Positions 61,101-64,000 of a stretch of 64,000 nucleotides of DNA are shown here, piece after piece. How positions within the stretch are numbered: position 1 is the first letter of the stretch; each line of letters starts with the position of its first letter. Under the pieces are notes generated by a model that ran no database searches, was not told where the DNA came from, and saw nothing but the letters and a program-made list of their open reading frames with translations. The position numbers and the translations under genes were made by a program. The stretch comes from Trypanosoma brucei (Eukaryota): NCBI GenBank assembly GCA_000002445.1, contig CH464491.1, positions 224,001 to 288,000 on the forward strand, written 5' to 3'.

Positions 61101-64000
61101 TATTGCTGAGGATCGTGAAGGTAATGCAACACGCATTGCTGAATTAGAAGCAGCAATGAACGAGCATTCACATAAGCTTGCTAAACTGAAAGCATCCGAT
61201 AGCCGCAGCTTCCTTGATCCTATGCCAGAAGGAGTGCCGTTGAGTGAGCTTGAATTGGATAAGGATGAGAAGTTCAGCACCATGGAAGAGGAGCGTCGTA
61301 AGCTTATTGCTGAGGATCGTGAAGGTAATGCTGCACGCATTGCTGAACTAGAAGCTGCAATGAACGAGCATTCACATGAGCTTGCTAAACTGAAAGCATC
61401 CGATAGCCGCAGCTTCCTTGATCCTATGCCAGAAGGAGTGCCACTAAGTGAGCTTGAATTGGATAAGGATGAGAAGTTCAGCACCATGGAAGAGGAGCGT
61501 CGTAAGCTTATTGCTGAGGATCGTGAAGGTAATGCTGCACGCATTGCTGAATTAGAAGCAGCAATGAACGAGCATTCACATGAGCTTGCTAAACTGAAAG
61601 CATCCGATAGCCGCAGCTTCCTTGATCCTATGCCAGAAGGAGTGCCGTTGAGTGAGCTTGAATTGGACAAGGATGAGAAGTTCAGCACCATGGAAGAGGA
61701 GCGTCGTAAGCTTATTGCTGAGGATCGTGAAGGTAATGCTGCACGCATTGCTGAATTAGAAGCAGCAATGAACGAGCATTCACATGAGCTTGCTAAACTG
61801 AAAGCATCCGATAGCCGCAGCTTCCTTGATCCTATGCCAGAAGGAGTGCCGTTGAGTGAGCTTGAATTGGATAAGGATGAGAAGTTCAGCACCATGGAAG
61901 AGGAGCGTCGTAAGCTTATTGCTGAGGATCGTGAAGGTAATGCTGCACGCGTTGCTGAACTAGAAGCTGCAATGAACGAGCATTCACATGAGCTTGCTAA
62001 ACTGAAAGCATCCGATAGCCGCAGCTTCCTTGATCCTATGCCAGAAGGAGTGCCGTTGAGTGAGCTAGGATTGGATAAGGATGAGAAGTTCAGCACCATG
62101 GAAGAGGAGCGTCGTAAGCTTATTGCTGAGGATCGTGAAGGTAATGCTGCACGCATTGCTGAACTAGAAGCAGCAATGAACGAGCATTCACATGAGCTTG
62201 CTAAACTGAAAGCATCCGATAGCCGCAGCTTCCTTGATCCTATGCCAGAAGGAGTGCCGTTGAGTGAGCTTGAATTGGATAAGGATGAGAAGTTCAGCAC
62301 CATGGAAGAGGAGCGTCGTAAGCTCATTGCTGAGGATCGTGAAGGTAATGCTGCACGCATTGCTAGACTTGAGGAGAGGATGAACGAACTTTCCCGTGAA
62401 CTCGCAAGAATGAAGTTGAAGGATCGCAGCTTCCTTGATCCTATGCCAGAAGGAGTGCCACTAAGTGAGCTTGAATTGGATAAGGATGAGAAGTTCAGCA
62501 CCATGGAAGAGGAGCGTCGTAAGCTCATTGCTGAGGATCGTGAAGGTAATGCAACACGCATTGCTGAATTAGAAGCAGCTATGAACGAGCATTCACATGA
62601 GCTTGCTAAACTGAAAGCATCCGATAGCCGCAGCTTCCTTGATCCTATGCCAGAAGGAGTGCCGTTGAGTGAGCTTGAATTGGATAAGGATGAGAAGTTC
62701 AGCACCATGGAAGAGGAGCGTCGTAAGCTCATTGCTGAGGATCGTGAAGGTAATGCAACACGCATTGCTGAATTAGAAGCAGCAATGAGCGAGCATTCAC
62801 ATGAGCTTGCTAAACTGAAAGCATCCGATAGCCGCAGCTTCCTTGATCCTATGCCAGAAGGAGTGCCACTAAGTGAGCTTGAATTGGATAAGGATGAGAA
62901 GTTCAGCACCATGGAAGAGGAGCGTCGTAAGCTTATTGCTGAGGATCGTGAAGGTAATGCTGCACGCATTGCTGAACTAGAAGCAGCTATGAACGAGCAT
63001 TCACATGAGCTTGCTAAACTGAAAGCATCCGATAGCCGCAGCTTCCTTGATCCTATGCCAGAAGGAGTGCCGCTAAGTGAGCTTGAATTGGATAAGGATG
63101 AGAAGTTCAGCACCATGGAAGAGGAGCGTCGTAAGCTTATTGCCGAGGATCGTGAAGGTAATGCTGCACGCATTGCTGAACTAGAAGCAGCGATGAACGA
63201 GCATTCACATGAGCTTGCTAAACTGAAAGCATCCGATAGCCGCAGCTTCCTTGATCCTATGCCAGAAGGAGTGCCGTTGAGTGAGCTTGAATTGGACAAG
63301 GATGAGAAGTTCAGCACCATGGAAGAGGAGCGTCGTAAGCTTATTGCTGAGGATCGTGAAGGTAATGCTGCACGCATTGCTGAACTAGAAGCAGCAATGA
63401 ACGAGCATTCACATGAGCTTGCTAAACTGAAAGCATCCGATAGCCGCAGCTTCCTTGATCCTATGCCAGAAGGAGTGCCGTTGAGTGAGCTTGAATTGGA
63501 TAAGGATGAGAAGTTCAGCACCATGGAAGAGGAGCGTCGTAAGCTTATTGCTGAGGATCGTGAAGGTAATGCTGCACGCATTGCTGAACTAGAAGCAGCA
63601 ATGAACGAGCATTCACATGAGCTTGCTAAACTGAAAGCATCCGATAGCCGCAGCTTCCTTGATCCTATGCCAGAAGGAGTGCCGTTGAGTGAGCTAGGAT
63701 TGGATAAGGATGAGAAGTTCAGCACCATGGAAGAGGAGCGTCGTAAGCTTATTGCTGAGGATCGTGAAGGTAATGCAGCACGCATTGCTGAACTAGAAGC
63801 AGCAATGAACGAGCATTCACATGAGCTTGCTAAACTGAAAGCATCCGATAGCCGCAGCTTCCTTGATCCTATGCCAGAAGGAGTGCCGTTGAGTGAGCTT
63901 GAATTGGATAAGGATGAGAAGTTCAGCACCATGGAAGAGGAGCGTCGTAAGCTTATTGCTGAGGATCGTGAAGGTAATGCTGCACGCATTGCTGAATTAG
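55198..64000 (+). CDS. ClpGM6: Giant calpain-like protein with two tandem calpain-type cysteine-protease-like domains followed by a 68-aa (204-bp) tandem repeat array (ClpGM6 / GM6-antigen type). It is 5'-partial only in the sense that the ORF runs off the window end. More than 2,930 codons are open.
   Basis: It is not in the supplied ORF track (no stop in the window). There is an ATG at 55198 after an A-rich leader and polyY tract (54880-54925). I translated frame 1 from 55198 by hand and found no stop to 64000. The two homologous about 640-aa units begin ...WIRIGELYPNGAKESLLPE...QGSHYECFMLSAL...RDGRYTFQFF...WWPLLFEKAYAKFYTSY... and ...WIHIGDLYPEGKTRSLLPE...QGEHFECCCLTAF...RDGRYTFRFH...WWPLLLEKAYAKFYTLY.... 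These are the calpain domain II landmarks (QGxxGDCW -> QGxHxECx; WVxLLEKAYAK). Then come about 19 near-identical 68-aa repeats (...ELAKLKASDSRSFLDPMPEGVPLSELELDKDEKFSTMEEERRKLIAEDREGNAARIAELEAAMNEHSH...). Confidence 0.85.
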   Translation, partial: MACQEVNSEVPDSDVVFHDTIFMRNNKHVSEQWIRIGELYPNGAKESLLPETFAREQFGQGSHYECFMLSALATLVKFPDIIRNCFVSRNVRRDGRYTFQFFRDKEWVKVEIDDSVMLEDDEVLFIRSPTSHWWPLLFEKAYAKFYTSYDNLEGCTLQEAYHDLTGNPVLNIPMDARLAKAAGVDVTGGQYWLDLAQKLQSGQFVGSLLTRETDLESMGLQSEQQYGILEIFSLTGTSSVSDIVIHLYNPFEDEEFTYKGPLNSKDTEWTPKLREKYNVDDTHSIFLPLHVALKIVNSVQLCYISPIDGDATYFDDEWKGETAGGNPTSVTWRKNPLYCVRNAGINPVELVVVIKQKDQRHLWTSEDDELMYKRCGIVVVQSTTVTQIPTYFVTGNNHKAIHKSLFLNSREVSSFVRIPPNSLCYLVPSCMKKGAESAFTLALYRMKHQNYTEFNVSRLALPKLLWHNPIQEKLQLQMFTKDRRDFYVDIPTDIHILMHQEKPFVSEKTGGDAMVQDYVGVYLYDDTDRKIGGVHAATNFRETSVLHRLPRSGRYAISITCPRASGEVPIALTIVGSPDANVRIVEAPDDASMFDDEDDIAEGDEDATVSNPIDYIPVAGGGQVFTEVPDSTVPFEDKRFMVDNKIMTNEPWIHIGDLYPEGKTRSLLPERLSREQFEQGEHFECCCLTAFAALVEHHPNVIRDAFVTKAVRRDGRYTFRFHRYGQWVKVEIDDRIPLLGGKTLFCRSSDGYWWPLLLEKAYAKFYTLYQNIEGCTLRELFYDLTGLPVLSIPMELKLAKAVLCDVDDVSFWVELSEGLKDCACAAVARPGFDDTLGLSNGQEYAVLDVVSLTDGEASSISDLVVKLHNPFLETEYKGPMNASDAAWSSELRTRLCPERRDTIYIPVEVFCNAFLTVEKVMVRGLIVPGWQFNSEWGEGTNGGNPTLVTWRENPIYVVQNTADTPLQIIAMIGQPDQRRVLHLLPEQEVNYVQCGLSLAKSIKGESIPTYLLTPNSHVLIHKGRFFSYREVADVIVVPGNSLTFLVPSAMFRDKTKFLLSYWYSSANDRNSVTIERLNLGVARHLPAIAHLTVKERVREQVDFIVDVPTDVHILLRQEKPCHGDSVSNALTDDFLAMYLYNSEDDQLSGVVTATNYREMGIVHHLSEGGRYVIYVVCPRAEGEVPLRIEIVAMQSAQVRTVEALPLCKSILQVEKELKLSTGSLPYSPLLISEGDLKNFSGRLSDNSMRLESSSDPDLSFLGAEVEGIPTLDLTLMSDSSFSEMARERMQLKRDPIANASRLAEVEDSMVARANAIAKEMHLRERRYLNPEPEGVPLELLPLNEDEVVSEKEDRLRALNRKEQKDEKLLRSLEDVIADRVHEIARELKVSERDLFLDPTPGGFPVAQLPLDEDDVFHSLEVERLQLRLRQDSLASKERIAELENMMNCRTTELIDKMKEEIRKFLDPTPLGIPLEELKLDEHDNYVAKEISLIGMIRKGKKESQEAISIREQLLQIEYAVAKEHLNNFRIQYLGDDIEGRQPNELNLEEEETYMQMERKLIEYYNSNQRNSEEAQKIRVNLLHKATKASKHLNRSERKNYIKRDRLEISISNIPLDDNEQFTTLEAERIRKKRNKKNSEVEQIEMELNNIAQQLAKLKASDSRSFLDPMPEGVPLSELELDKDEKFSTMEEERRKLIAEDREDNATRIAELEAAMNEYSHELAKLKASDSRSFLDPMPEGVPLSELELDKDEKFSTMEEERRKLIAEDREGNAARIAELEAAMNEHSHELAKLKASDSRSFLDPMPEGVPLSELELDKDEKFSTMEEERRKLIAEDREDNATRIAELEAAMNEYSHELAKLKASDSRSFLDPMPEGVPLSELELDKDEKFSTMEEERRKLIAEDREGNAARIAELEAAMNEHSHELAKLKASDSRSFLDPMPEGVPLSELGLDKDEKFSTMEEERRKLIAEDREGNATRIAELEAAMNEHSHKLAKLKASDSRSFLDPMPEGVPLSELELDKDEKFSTMEEERRKLIAEDREGNAARIAELEAAMNEHSHELAKLKASDSRSFLDPMPEGVPLSELELDKDEKFSTMEEERRKLIAEDREGNAARIAELEAAMNEHSHELAKLKASDSRSFLDPMPEGVPLSELELDKDEKFSTMEEERRKLIAEDREGNAARIAELEAAMNEHSHELAKLKASDSRSFLDPMPEGVPLSELELDKDEKFSTMEEERRKLIAEDREGNAARVAELEAAMNEHSHELAKLKASDSRSFLDPMPEGVPLSELGLDKDEKFSTMEEERRKLIAEDREGNAARIAELEAAMNEHSHELAKLKASDSRSFLDPMPEGVPLSELELDKDEKFSTMEEERRKLIAEDREGNAARIARLEERMNELSRELARMKLKDRSFLDPMPEGVPLSELELDKDEKFSTMEEERRKLIAEDREGNATRIAELEAAMNEHSHELAKLKASDSRSFLDPMPEGVPLSELELDKDEKFSTMEEERRKLIAEDREGNATRIAELEAAMSEHSHELAKLKASDSRSFLDPMPEGVPLSELELDKDEKFSTMEEERRKLIAEDREGNAARIAELEAAMNEHSHELAKLKASDSRSFLDPMPEGVPLSELELDKDEKFSTMEEERRKLIAEDREGNAARIAELEAAMNEHSHELAKLKASDSRSFLDPMPEGVPLSELELDKDEKFSTMEEERRKLIAEDREGNAARIAELEAAMNEHSHELAKLKASDSRSFLDPMPEGVPLSELELDKDEKFSTMEEERRKLIAEDREGNAARIAELEAAMNEHSHELAKLKASDSRSFLDPMPEGVPLSELGLDKDEKFSTMEEERRKLIAEDREGNAARIAELEAAMNEHSHELAKLKASDSRSFLDPMPEGVPLSELELDKDEKFSTMEEERRKLIAEDREGNAARIAEL
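60150..64000 (+). repeat. A 204-bp (68-codon) tandem repeat array, about 19 copies in the window and continuing past the window end. It is in-frame coding sequence of the ClpGM6-like gene.
   Basis: The string cttgctaaactgaaagcatccgatagccgcagc recurs at 60361, 60565, 60769 ... 63823 with an exact spacing of 204 bp. One unit (about 62341-62541) is 201 bp and diverged. There are a few recurrent SNVs between units. Confidence 0.95.

Noticed and set aside
59994-63989. A 1331-aa minus-strand ORF, the longest entry in the ORF track for this region.
   Set aside because: It is the antisense reading of the 204-bp repeat array. The product is a monotonous Ser/Leu/Ala low-complexity repeat (…SSMVLNFSSLSNSSSLNGTPSGIGSRKLRLSDAF…) with no start context. 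The sense strand carries a coherent calpain-plus-repeat protein in the same orientation as every other gene.

Overview
This window is a kinetoplastid (Trypanosoma brucei-group) nuclear chromosome segment organised as one unidirectional polycistronic transcription unit. Every credible coding sequence (21 genes) lies on the + strand, and each is preceded by a polypyrimidine tract with a purine-rich UTR. The species call is an inference from the recognised proteins. These are cyclophilin A, NADP-isocitrate dehydrogenase, a CAND1/TIP120 homologue, a KREPB5-like editosome protein with a degenerate RNase III motif, an FG-repeat Nup98-96 fusion nucleoporin (TbNup158-like), a ribokinase, a DnaJ protein, a Brix-domain protein, a vasohibin-type tubulin carboxypeptidase, an ABCD half-transporter, and a very large tandem calpain-like protein carrying 68-aa (204-bp) 'GM6'-type repeats (ClpGM6-like). 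The gene order matches the T. brucei chromosome 11 block that I recall as roughly Tb927.11.880 to .1090. The most important hidden feature is that the largest gene (55198 to the window end, more than 2,900 codons, still open at position 64000) is absent from the supplied ORF track because it has no stop codon inside the window. The track instead shows a 1331-aa antisense ORF, which is a low-complexity artefact of the repeat array. The ORF track also uses non-ATG starts (TTG/GTG rendered as M), so I re-derived several true ATG starts. Inside the two repeat-rich genes there are nearly nucleotide-identical higher-order repeats: 204 bp repeated about 19 times, 210 bp about 4.5 times, and 84 bp 3 times. 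Other points of interest are catalytically dead calpain domains, a Nup98 autoproteolytic domain that lacks the HFS cleavage motif, several microsatellites, and a recurring C(9-10)A(7-9) element. I cannot support any tRNA, rRNA, CRISPR or mobile-element calls from the sequence alone.
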